This document shows positions 25,573 to 34,299 of a stretch of 64,000 nucleotides of DNA, one piece after another. The notes under the pieces were generated by a model, which saw only the letters and a list, made by a program, of their open reading frames with translations, made no database searches and was not told the DNA's origin. The translations under genes were made by a program, and so were the position numbers. How positions within the stretch are numbered: position 1 is the first letter of the stretch; the number at the start of each line of letters is the position of its first letter. Origin of the DNA: Desulfuromonas sp. (GTDB lineage Bacteria; Desulfobacterota; Desulfuromonadia; Desulfuromonadales; UBA2294); assembly GCA_002868925.1 (NCBI GenBank), contig PKTZ01000020.1:3710-67709 (forward strand), given 5' to 3'.

Positions 25573-27573
25573 ATGAAGAAGTTATCTCTTGAATCCCTGA
25601 ATAAGCGCTGGATGTTCACCCTGATCGGGTTCGCCCTCGGTATCTTTGCGCCGATCGGCTGGATCATGCTGAGACTCATCCTTTTTTCCGACCCGGAAAA
25701 AGGGCTCATTGACCAGATTCTGGCTGATATCTTCCATAGTAATGATTCGATTGCGCTCTACCTGTACATGGGGGTCGGTACCGCCGTTGTTCTCGCCTTT
25801 GCCGGGTCGATGCTCGGGCAGTTTATCCTGCAGATGCATGATCGCGCTGAAAAGCTCGACCGTCTCAACTTCGAGATAGCCGTGCAGAAAGAGAAGTTCG
25901 AACAGCGTTTCCAGTCTCTTAACCAGAATATTAAGAATTTTCATACCATTAACGCCCACCTGCAGAAATCTCTCGACCTGATGGAAATTCTGCATCTCTC
26001 GGTTGACGGTCTGCACGAGGTGCTCGGCTATGACCGCGTCAACGTGGTCATGGTCAATCGGGACAAGAACTGTTTCGAGGTGACCGCAAGCAAGGGCGTG
26101 CTCGGTGATACCCCGATTGGGACAACCCTGCCGTATAACGATGATGCAGGTATCATTTTCAAAGCAGCCCAGGAAAACCGGGTTTTCAATGTCGAAGATA
26201 TGGCGCGGATGCCGGCCGAGTTTTTCGTGAAGTCGCCCTACGACAAGATCGAGGCCTTCCGGGCCAAGAGTTTCATCCTCTGCCCGATTTCGGTGCGGGG
26301 TGAGGTGGTCGGCCTGATCGAGGTCGATAACAAGCTGAGCCGTCGGCCGCTCTCCGATACCGATGTTGACACGATCCGTCTGTTTGCCGTTCAGGTCGCG
26401 GCCTCAATTATCAAGATCAACCTGATGGACGGGGTAGAAACACTCACCGGTGAACTTGAACAATCCTTTTCAGAACTGCTCGGTTTTCGCGATGGACATA
26501 ATTTTGCCGAATCGAACCTGCACCGTGCGATCGGCGTCAATAACGACTCGATCAGTGGCGTCGACTCGGCTGCCAACGCAATTCAGCGATCGGTCGACGA
26601 CACCCGCTCGTCGGCTGGAGAAATCTCGGTCACGATTGAACAGGTCAGCCGCAACCTCAACCAGTTGACCGATTTCATGAACGCGACCATCGCCTCGATG
26701 ACCGAAATTGCCAGCACCATCAAGTCGGTCGAGGAGAACAGCCAGCAGTCGCACGACATGTCGGAGACGGTTCAGCGCCAGTCGAATGAAGGGGTCGATG
26801 CCGTTGTCGATAACCTGACCGGTCTGCAGGGGATCTCGTCTTCGGTCGAAGGGACCGCTTCGGTCATCGGGCAGTTGGCGACCAAGAGCGAAGAGATCGG
26901 CCACATTACCGAGGTCATCACCGAGATCACCCAGAAAACCAATCTTCTGGCCCTTAATGCGGCTATCATCGCGGCCCAGGCCGGTGAACATGGACAATCG
27001 TTCGGCGTTGTCGCCGAAGAGGTCCGTTCTCTATCACAGGAGGCGGCCGAGTCAACCAACGCCATTGAAAGTATCATTGCCGAAATCCAGGAGTTGACCC
27101 GCGAGTCTGTTTCCCACGTTAATCAGACCAAGCAGTTGGTCGATTCTGGAATCGCTCTCGGCGAGACGGTCGAAACCTCGCTCAAGCAGATAAGTGGCAG
27201 TTCGGAAAAAGCGATGTTCATGACCCAGGAGATTCGCAAGTCGACCAAGGAGGTGGCGCGTGCCGTTGAGTCGGTCAGCAAGTCGGTCGAAAGCCTCGGC
27301 GATCTCTCCAACCAGGTAACCAGCGCCTCCCGCGAGCAGTCTCAAGGGATCCAGAGTATTGTCCACTCTATCGAAGAGATCAAATTGATGGCGGATGATA
27401 TGGCGCAGGCGACACAGTCGCAAAAATCGACGACCGCTGAAATCGACGAAGCGGTGCAGAGCGTCAGCGAGATGGCGCAGCGGATCTTCGAAGAGATGGA
27501 GATGCGGCAGCAGGGGAGCCGTGAGGTGATTGAAAAGCTCGAGATTTTAAAGAAGGAGAGCAGCGAGTACTGA
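25573..27573 (+). CDS. Methyl-accepting chemotaxis protein with cytoplasmic GAF sensor domain
   Basis: Two closely spaced TM helices, coiled coil, GAF (LGYDRVNVVMVNRD...CPISVRGEVVGLIEVDN), MCP hairpin core (LLALNAAIIAAQAGEHGQSFGVVAEEVRSLSQ). Confidence 0.9.
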   Translation: MKKLSLESLNKRWMFTLIGFALGIFAPIGWIMLRLILFSDPEKGLIDQILADIFHSNDSIALYLYMGVGTAVVLAFAGSMLGQFILQMHDRAEKLDRLNFEIAVQKEKFEQRFQSLNQNIKNFHTINAHLQKSLDLMEILHLSVDGLHEVLGYDRVNVVMVNRDKNCFEVTASKGVLGDTPIGTTLPYNDDAGIIFKAAQENRVFNVEDMARMPAEFFVKSPYDKIEAFRAKSFILCPISVRGEVVGLIEVDNKLSRRPLSDTDVDTIRLFAVQVAASIIKINLMDGVETLTGELEQSFSELLGFRDGHNFAESNLHRAIGVNNDSISGVDSAANAIQRSVDDTRSSAGEISVTIEQVSRNLNQLTDFMNATIASMTEIASTIKSVEENSQQSHDMSETVQRQSNEGVDAVVDNLTGLQGISSSVEGTASVIGQLATKSEEIGHITEVITEITQKTNLLALNAAIIAAQAGEHGQSFGVVAEEVRSLSQEAAESTNAIESIIAEIQELTRESVSHVNQTKQLVDSGIALGETVETSLKQISGSSEKAMFMTQEIRKSTKEVARAVESVSKSVESLGDLSNQVTSASREQSQGIQSIVHSIEEIKLMADDMAQATQSQKSTTAEIDEAVQSVSEMAQRIFEEMEMRQQGSREVIEKLEILKKESSEY

Positions 27574-27597
27574 TCTATTTCAAATAGCAGAGAAACG

Positions 27598-27631
27598 AAA
27601 GCGCGTCCTTGAAGCGGTCGCGCTTTTTTTA
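27598..27631. terminator. Bidirectional rho-independent terminator between convergent genes
   Basis: AAGCGCG / CGCGCTT stem with TTTTTTT on the + side and TTTCGTTTCTC on the - side. Confidence 0.75.
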
Positions 27632-27640
27632 TTGCTGAGT

Positions 27641-28090
27641 TTAGTTGGGATCAGATTTATTAGATTTAAGGTAAATAGAGTTAAGCTGTCGATCATCCGG
27701 CCGTTTTATATTTTTCAGCCATGCCTCCAAAAACTCGATCTCCATCGGTTTCTGCACGACCGTGACACCGATTTCCTTCGCTTTATCCATATCGATACTT
27801 GTGGTGTCGCCGGATATCAACAACACGTTTGAAAATGGTCTTTTGCAGCCTTTCGTTTTCAAATCTGCCAGGAACTCCAGCCCCTTCATTCCAGGCAGAT
27901 GGTGGTCAATGATCAGTACATCGGCACATGGAGCGTTTCGGGTGCAAGAATAACCCTTCCAGACATCGCAGCTGAAAGGGACCTCGCCAAAAATTACTTC
28001 ATTGCCGAGATCTTCAAAAAACCAAGTATGTGATTCACGAACTGACTTCTCATCTTCGACGATCATGATTTTCAGTTTTTTGGAAGACAT
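27641..28090 (-). CDS. Single-domain response regulator with Cys-rich insert replacing helix alpha-2
   Basis: KIMIVEDEKS, acceptor Asp in ADVLIIDHHLPGMKG, LISGD, QKP. Insert FSCDVWKGYSCTRNAPCAD plus KGC. Confidence 0.85.
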   Translation of the reverse strand: MSSKKLKIMIVEDEKSVRESHTWFFEDLGNEVIFGEVPFSCDVWKGYSCTRNAPCADVLIIDHHLPGMKGLEFLADLKTKGCKRPFSNVLLISGDTTSIDMDKAKEIGVTVVQKPMEIEFLEAWLKNIKRPDDRQLNSIYLKSNKSDPN

Positions 28091-28093
28091 AAC

Positions 28094-29389
28094 TTAATCG
28101 TTTTCCTGTGAAGTGGCATCGGCTGATATTGCCGGGATGAGTATGTTTATCTTTGTGTACGCACCCTCTTTACTGTCAATATCGATAGAGCCATCGTGCC
28201 TCTTGACGATATCGTTAACAATCGACAGACCAAGGCCTGTCCCTTCTGCCGGGGGCTTGGTTGTGAAAAAAGCTTCCAGAGCTTTTTTTGCAATCTCTTC
28301 GGTCATGCCAACACCGTTGTCGTAAACTTCCAGCAACAGGAACGGGTGCTCATGTTCTTTATGGAGGCTGGCGCCGATGCTAATTTTCTTTTCCGATAGA
28401 CCCGCTTTGTCTTTCAATGCATCATTCGAATTATCAATGAGATTGATGACGATTTGTTGGATGCTTTGCGGTTGCACCAGCAGTGGTGGTATATCGTCCT
28501 TAATATCAACGGTAAGAGTAATATCCTGGTTTTTTACCTTGGTTGCAATGAGGGAAAGAGCTCCTTTAATGGTCTTTTGAATATCAACCAGTTTCTTTTC
28601 AATGCGGGTATCCTTGGAATAGAACAGCAAATCCTGGGTTATCTCGGCGATATTTTTACTCTCATCTTTGATGCGTCTTGCAATTTCCAGGTTTCGATCA
28701 GACCGTTCAGGCGATCGTTCCAATAGCGTTGCATAGTTCATAATCCCCTGAATGGGGTTGTTGATTTCGTGAGCGACTCCGGCTGCCACTGTACCGAGTG
28801 CAGCCAGTTGCGCAGAGCGGGATCGTTCCTCCTCAAGTTGTTTGCGTTCAGTAATGTCGCGAACGAAACTGATGATACCCAATTTGTCCCCTTCAGCAGT
28901 CTGGAGTAAACTGACCGTATGCTCAGTGGGGAAAATCTCTCCTGATTTGCGCTTTGCCTTAAACTCGAAACGGGCCACTCGTCCCTTCTGAAAAGCATCC
29001 TGAATGCGGCTTCCGAACTCCAGATAATGATCGTGGTTGACATGAAGAATTTCTGTCGAGTTGGCTGAAACTTCCTCTTCCGTGTAGCCGAAGATTTTCG
29101 TTGCAGCCGGATTGATAAAAAGTAATCTTCGATCAGTAGAGACAACCAGGACCGCCTCGTCCAGGCAGTTAAACACTCTATCGAGCAATAGCTCAGGGCT
29201 TTGCAGGAACTTATTTGTTTCAGGATTGTCTTTAGAGAAAGGCAACTTCTTCCCCTCGGCTCTTAGCTGTTTTGTTGCGGCAGTCAAGAGACTAAATTTT
29301 AAAAACAAACTTGATTGCCGGGTAACCTCATGAGGATGATGCAAAATTGCACGGGAAAACGGGCAGTTTCGCTGTATTTTGAATGCCAA
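28094..29389 (-). CDS. PAS-domain sensor histidine kinase (cytoplasmic)
   Basis: PAS (VLVVSTDRRLLFINPAATKIFGYTEEEV), H-box VAHEINNPI, HATPase (VYDNGVGM, GTGLGLSIV). Ends 3 nt before the receiver gene. Confidence 0.9.
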   Translation of the reverse strand: MAFKIQRNCPFSRAILHHPHEVTRQSSLFLKFSLLTAATKQLRAEGKKLPFSKDNPETNKFLQSPELLLDRVFNCLDEAVLVVSTDRRLLFINPAATKIFGYTEEEVSANSTEILHVNHDHYLEFGSRIQDAFQKGRVARFEFKAKRKSGEIFPTEHTVSLLQTAEGDKLGIISFVRDITERKQLEEERSRSAQLAALGTVAAGVAHEINNPIQGIMNYATLLERSPERSDRNLEIARRIKDESKNIAEITQDLLFYSKDTRIEKKLVDIQKTIKGALSLIATKVKNQDITLTVDIKDDIPPLLVQPQSIQQIVINLIDNSNDALKDKAGLSEKKISIGASLHKEHEHPFLLLEVYDNGVGMTEEIAKKALEAFFTTKPPAEGTGLGLSIVNDIVKRHDGSIDIDSKEGAYTKINILIPAISADATSQEND

Positions 29390-29600
29390 TATACAGTAGC
29401 TAGGATTTCAGGTCAAAAACATATAGAAGATATAAACTCTTACGTCTTTACCATTCGTGCAACGTTATATAGTTTCTACTAGATGTTTTGGTTTTTTGGG
29501 TGGCACGAACCAGGGACGACGGCATATCGTTTCCCTGATGGTATAATCTGAATTAGTAACTAATGTATACGAATAGAGGTAACCGATGACGGGAGTCGTT

Positions 29601-29996
29601 ATGAAATTACAGAGTTATTTCGAAACAACCGACGGTTTTGGTGTTTTATCGACAGCAGATGGTAAAGGTAATGTCGATGCAGCTGTTTATGCTAAACCGC
29701 ATGTTATCGACGATGGCCGAATCGCATTCATCATGCGGGAACGGTTGACCCATCACAACATACAGCAGAACGACAGCGCTTGTTACCTGTTCAGGGAAGA
29801 GGGAGGCGGCTACCGGGGAGTTCGTCTTTATCTGACACGGGTCGGGGAAGATCAGGACCCTGAATTGATCGAAAAGATGACCCGGGCTTGGCTCAGCCCA
29901 GAGGTGGACTCGGCCAAGGGGCAAAAGTTTATCGTTTACTTTCGCCTTGAAAAGATCCTCAGTCTGATCGGTGATGGTACCCCTGACATCTCTTGA
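29601..29996 (+). CDS. Pyridoxamine 5'-phosphate oxidase-family (split-barrel flavin-binding) protein
   Basis: MKLQSYFETTDGFGVLSTADGKGNVDAAVYAKP...RIAFIMRERLTHHNI. The track ORF starts at 29586; ATG 29601 is preferred. Confidence 0.75.
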   Translation: MKLQSYFETTDGFGVLSTADGKGNVDAAVYAKPHVIDDGRIAFIMRERLTHHNIQQNDSACYLFREEGGGYRGVRLYLTRVGEDQDPELIEKMTRAWLSPEVDSAKGQKFIVYFRLEKILSLIGDGTPDIS

Positions 29997-30013
29997 TGAG
30001 AAAGGAGAAGATT

Positions 30014-30493
30014 ATGAAACGTTTGATCCGAGCCGGAGCTGTGGTTGCAGCGACCCTGCTGGCAACGAATGCCGGAGCATTGGAAGTCGGCGCCCGGGCG
30101 CCAGACTTTTCAGCCGAATCGACTCACGGAAAGGTTGTTCTCAGCGACCTGCTGAAAAACGGCCCGGTTATTCTGGCTTACTATTACGCCGATTTCACCT
30201 CGGGCTGAACCAGCGAAATGAAGGCTTTTCAAGACGACATCGAGCGTTTTGAGAAGCTCAACGCCCAGGTCCTGGGCGTGAGTAAAGATGACCTTAAGAC
30301 ACATCGCGATTTTTCCGAGGAATTGGGTTTGACCTTTCCGCTGGTTGTAGATGATGGTCGTATCAGCGAACACTACGGACGTGGTCGGATCACCCATTTA
30401 ATTGGTCAGGATGGGATCGTTCGATATGTTTATAGCGGGATGCCGGACAACGAGGTATTGCTAGATGAGATTATGAAACTACAGTCTTATTGA
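30014..30493 (+). CDS. Periplasmic AhpC/TSA (Bcp-like) peroxiredoxin with in-frame TGA (30206..30208) read as selenocysteine
   Basis: RBS AAGGAGAAG before ATG 30014. Signal peptide MKRLIRAGAVVAATLLATNAGA. Track ORFs 29993..30208 and 30218..30493 share one frame. The joined sequence FTSG-U-TSE puts the TGA at the T-x-x-C peroxidatic site. Conserved Arg in RGRITHLIGQDG. Confidence 0.8.
30215..30235 (+). other. Candidate SECIS-like hairpin just downstream of the TGA
   Basis: TGAA(30219..30222)/TTCA(30228..30231) stem with GGCTT loop, starting 11 nt after the TGA. The GC pairs 30214/30236 and 30215/30235 are possible. Weak by eye; needs a folding program. Confidence 0.3.
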
Positions 30494-30573
30494 TGACGCG
30501 TCTATTGATTTTATTGATGTGAAAAGAGCGGCCTGCCTGGAGCCGCTCTTTCAGCTTTTCAATAATATATATT

Positions 30574-30981
30574 TTATTCCATTCGTTTTTCGCACTGCGC
30601 GATCCAGGCCATGAATTCGCTGATGCGGAAAGGTTTTTTGAAAAACTTGCAGCCGAGAGATTCGATCTTCGCCAGGGCTTCCTTCGACAAGGTCGCACCG
30701 GTAATAATGGCCTTGTTGACATCCTGGGCCTTGCAGCCGCGTTCTCTTTGCATTACCAGGAAATCGATGCCGCTGATGTTGGGCATCATGTTGTCGGTAA
30801 TGACGATGTCGGCACACGGTTTTTCCTTTGGGCACCCTTTGTCGTGCCCTTCGAAAACCGGGCAGACTGTCGGGTTGTCGAACATCTGGACCGAATGGCC
30901 CCTCTGCTCCAATGTGACCTGCAACAGCAGGGAAATGGTCGGGTCGTCTTCGAAGAGAAGAATTTTAAGTGGTTTGCTCAA
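30574..30981 (-). CDS. Single-domain response regulator with Cys-rich insert (paralog of 27641..28090)
   Basis: Probable TTG start 30981 (GGAG 8 nt upstream, 20 nt after the kinase stop). The track ORF extends to 31101 inside the kinase gene. KILLFEDDPT, acceptor Asp in ADIVITDNMMP, ITGA, KKP. Insert VCPVFEGHDKGCPKEKPCAD plus RGC. Confidence 0.8.
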   Translation of the reverse strand: MSKPLKILLFEDDPTISLLLQVTLEQRGHSVQMFDNPTVCPVFEGHDKGCPKEKPCADIVITDNMMPNISGIDFLVMQRERGCKAQDVNKAIITGATLSKEALAKIESLGCKFFKKPFRISEFMAWIAQCEKRME

Positions 30982-31000
30982 TTGGAGACTCCGGAACGAT

Positions 31001-32896
31001 TCAATTTGCCGTCGGTAGGAAAAAAGTGAAGGTCGAGCCCACACCTTTGGCACTTTCAACCTGGATATGGCCGTGATGGGCTTCGATGATCTGTTTGGCA
31101 ATACTCATCCCGAGCCCCAAGCCGGATATTGCAGTTTCACTGGTGTCGGCCCGGTAGAACTTGTCAAAAACACGCCGGGCTTCCTCCTCGGTCATGCCAA
31201 TTCCGGTGTCACAAATGCTTACTGCAACTTCGTTGTTTATTGCTTCAGCCTTGATCGTAATGGCCGATCCTTCGTTTGAGTATTTAACGGCGTTGCTGAG
31301 AAGGTTCTCCAGAACCTGAAGAATCCTGTGACGGTCGATCGCTAGCGGGATTGATTTGGTTGCTTCGGAGATCTCCAATTCGAACTCGCGATTGGTAAAC
31401 TGGTCGGAAAAAGAGTCGACGGAGACCGAAATGACGTCCTGGATGTGTACGTTTTCAAAATGCATCCTCAGCGGCTGACCACGTTCAATACGGCTGATAT
31501 CGAGCAGGTCGTCGATCATTTTTTTAAGTGATTCGCTTCGGTCAAAAATCTTCTTGATGAAGGTCGTTCTCTGCTCATCCGAAAAATCCCGACCGGTTTT
31601 CGGGTCACTCAGGATCTCGGCAAAACCCATAATCGCCGTCAACGGGGTGCGCAGTTCGTGGGCGGCGGTCGATATGAATTCACTTTTGATCTGGTCGGTT
31701 TCGATCAGGGCGCGCTCGGCCATTTTTTCGTCTGTAATGTCACGCACGATAATCAGAATATACGGTTCGTCGTTTAGGTGAAAAACCTTGGCCGAGAGCT
31801 TACAGGGCCTAACCTTATCCCCTTGGGTTCGGAAATTGACTTCCTGGTTGATGATAGCCCCGTTACGGATCAGCTCTTCGCGAAACGCCTGGCGGTTGCC
31901 TTCGTCTTCCCATAGGTTCAGGTCGGCTGAATTGTGCCCGATCGCCTCAATCCGTTTAATTCCGGTCTCAAACTCAAAGGCGGGATTAACGTCGACGATT
32001 GCTCCGTCGCTGAGCTTCGCAATGACTACCGGGTCCGGAATCGTAACGAAGGCAGAACGGAACCGCTCTTCGCTCTCCTTGAGGGCCTGCTCCGTATTTT
32101 TTTGCCGGGTTATATCAAGGAAGATACAGGCGAACTGTCCGGGGCGAGGGGAGTAAGCCTTGACTTCGAAGTGTCGGTCGATCTCACCCGAGTAGTGGTC
32201 GAAGTGGACCGTTTTGCCGTTCAGGGCGACATCGCCGTAGGTTTTGATCCAATGCGACTCCGTGCCGGGCATGACTTCCAGCACGGTTTTACCGATGACG
32301 TCAACGGCTTTCAATCCGGTGATTTTTTCAAAGGCCGGATTGACGTTGAGGAAACGGTAATCGATGGGTGTTCCTGCTTCGTCGCAGATGATCTCGTGTA
32401 GGGCAAAGGCATCGATCATTTCGCTGAAAACATGCCGGAAGTCGGTCTCGAGCTGTCGCTGACGGGTGACGTCGCGGTCGATGCCACGGTAGCCTTTGAA
32501 ATTTCCGTCTTCGTCGAAAATCGGAGTTCCGCTCGACTCGATGATCACCTCGTGGCCATCTTTGTGGAGGTTGATGTTTTCCAGGCAGCTGAATGGTTGG
32601 TATCTTTTTGCGATCGGATCAAAATACTTGTGGACCCGTTCCGCTTCCTCCGACGCCATCAGGTCAAAGGCATTCAACCCGATAATCTCTTCCGGTTCGT
32701 AGCCGAGCAGATCCTTTATGCGCGGACTGGCATAGGTGAAATCGGCATTCTCGTCAAATTCCCAGAACCAGTCCTGAGAGTTTTCGACCATATTTTTGAA
32801 TCTATCTGAATCAGGAGACATTATATCCTCATTCAAAAAAGACAGTGATGTGAAATCACGATAATTGTTATTTTGAAATACTTCTTCGGTCTTCAT
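31001..32896 (-). CDS. Multi-PAS (three PAS/PAC) sensor histidine kinase
   Basis: 631 aa. Three PAS modules (FWEFDENADFTYASPRIKDLLGYEPEEI; EIICDEAGTPIDYRFLNVNPAFEKITG; VVIAKLSDGAIVDVNPAFEFETG). H-box AAHELRTPL. HATPase (ICDTGIGM, GLGLGMSIA). Confidence 0.9.
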   Translation of the reverse strand: MKTEEVFQNNNYRDFTSLSFLNEDIMSPDSDRFKNMVENSQDWFWEFDENADFTYASPRIKDLLGYEPEEIIGLNAFDLMASEEAERVHKYFDPIAKRYQPFSCLENINLHKDGHEVIIESSGTPIFDEDGNFKGYRGIDRDVTRQRQLETDFRHVFSEMIDAFALHEIICDEAGTPIDYRFLNVNPAFEKITGLKAVDVIGKTVLEVMPGTESHWIKTYGDVALNGKTVHFDHYSGEIDRHFEVKAYSPRPGQFACIFLDITRQKNTEQALKESEERFRSAFVTIPDPVVIAKLSDGAIVDVNPAFEFETGIKRIEAIGHNSADLNLWEDEGNRQAFREELIRNGAIINQEVNFRTQGDKVRPCKLSAKVFHLNDEPYILIIVRDITDEKMAERALIETDQIKSEFISTAAHELRTPLTAIMGFAEILSDPKTGRDFSDEQRTTFIKKIFDRSESLKKMIDDLLDISRIERGQPLRMHFENVHIQDVISVSVDSFSDQFTNREFELEISEATKSIPLAIDRHRILQVLENLLSNAVKYSNEGSAITIKAEAINNEVAVSICDTGIGMTEEEARRVFDKFYRADTSETAISGLGLGMSIAKQIIEAHHGHIQVESAKGVGSTFTFFLPTAN

Positions 32897-33016
32897 GGCG
32901 ACTTAGATTGAATTATCTATTAGGTTACCAGAAGAATTATATAAAAAAATTAAAAAATGGATGGTTGATTACGTGAGAAGAAGGATACTTTTCACGACAT
33001 CGTCTTCCGTTTTTTT

Positions 33017-34219
33017 CTAATTTCTATGTTCCTTGTTGTTCGGTACCGTGTTTGACGAATAGAGGACGAAATAACCGAGGATTCCTGAAATTAACGATCC
33101 AGAAAGAATGCCGATCCGGTGCGTCGTCAGGTAGCGTATTGCGTCTCCACCCGTATGTTCGAAGGCCAACCCCCCGATGAAAAGACTCATTGTGAAACCG
33201 ATTCCGCACAGGGCGGCGACACCGAAAAGATGTCTGGTCGTAGCCCGGGTCGGCATTTCGGCATATCCGAATTTTATCGAGGCGTAGGAAAAGCCGAAAA
33301 CTCCAAACAGTTTCCCGCCGACCAGGCCGAGCATGATGCCTAATGGTACAGGATGAAATAAATCTCCGAATGACATCCCGGTCAGGGGAATGCCGGCGTT
33401 GGCAAAGGCAAAAATCGGAAGTATCCAGTAATTGACCCAGGGGTGCAATACATGCTCGAGCGTTTTCAGCGGCGATTCTTTTGTGCCGTCTTTACTGTTT
33501 AACGGGATGGCGAAGGCGAGGGCGACTCCGGCCAGAGTGGCATGAACACCTGATTTGAGCACGAAAATCCAGAGGAATATCCCGACCCACAAGTAAGGGG
33601 CAATGTTGTCGACTTTCAAGCGATTCAACACGACAAGAATGACCAGGCAGATGGCTGACAGGACCATCATCGTCGTCGACAGATCCCCGGAATAGAAAAT
33701 AGCAATAATTATGATGGCGCCGAGGTCATCCATGATGGCCAGGGCGAGTAGGAATATTTTCAGTGACGAGGGCACCCGGTCGCCGAGCAGGGCCAGAACC
33801 CCCAGTGCAAATGCGATGTCCGTTGCAGCCGGAATCGCCCAACCGCTTAAAGCAATCTGGTCACTGCTGTTGATTATTGCGTAAATGCCGGCAGGGACAA
33901 CCATTCCCCCTATAGCAGCAACTCCCGGGAGGATGATCTTTTCCCGTCTCGATAACTGGCCGATCAGAATCTCCCGTTTCACTTCAAGTCCGATCAACAG
34001 GAAGAAGATGGCCATCAGGCCATCGTTAATCCAGAGCAGGAGCGGTTTGGCAATATGAACCTGACGTCCGAGGCGAACTTCAAAAGGGGTGTCGAGGAAA
34101 TGAATGTAGTACTCATGCAAAAAGGTGTTGGCACAGAACATCGCCAGCACGGTTGCGATCATTAATAGGATGCCGGTCGAGGATTCCTTTTTTAAGAAAC
34201 TTTTGAAATTTGTGAGCAT
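33017..34219 (-). CDS. nhaA: Na+/H+ antiporter NhaA
   Basis: 400 aa polytopic protein. WINDGLMAIFFLLIGLEVKRE, AIPAATDIAFALGVLALLG, LLALAIMDDLGAIIIIA. Confidence 0.95.
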   Translation of the reverse strand: MLTNFKSFLKKESSTGILLMIATVLAMFCANTFLHEYYIHFLDTPFEVRLGRQVHIAKPLLLWINDGLMAIFFLLIGLEVKREILIGQLSRREKIILPGVAAIGGMVVPAGIYAIINSSDQIALSGWAIPAATDIAFALGVLALLGDRVPSSLKIFLLALAIMDDLGAIIIIAIFYSGDLSTTMMVLSAICLVILVVLNRLKVDNIAPYLWVGIFLWIFVLKSGVHATLAGVALAFAIPLNSKDGTKESPLKTLEHVLHPWVNYWILPIFAFANAGIPLTGMSFGDLFHPVPLGIMLGLVGGKLFGVFGFSYASIKFGYAEMPTRATTRHLFGVAALCGIGFTMSLFIGGLAFEHTGGDAIRYLTTHRIGILSGSLISGILGYFVLYSSNTVPNNKEHRN

Positions 34220-34299
34220 TTTTGAGGAAAAATCTCCGTTGAGTTGAATCGTTAATGTATTTCTTCACTAACTGGTCGAATCGAGAACGTTTTAAACCC

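Noticed and set aside
32960-33012. Hairpin followed by a T-run on the plus strand between the kinase start and the nhaA end
   Set aside because: The stem is imperfect. No plus-strand transcription unit ends here, and on the minus strand it lacks a following U-tract. There is not enough evidence to call a terminator or an sRNA.
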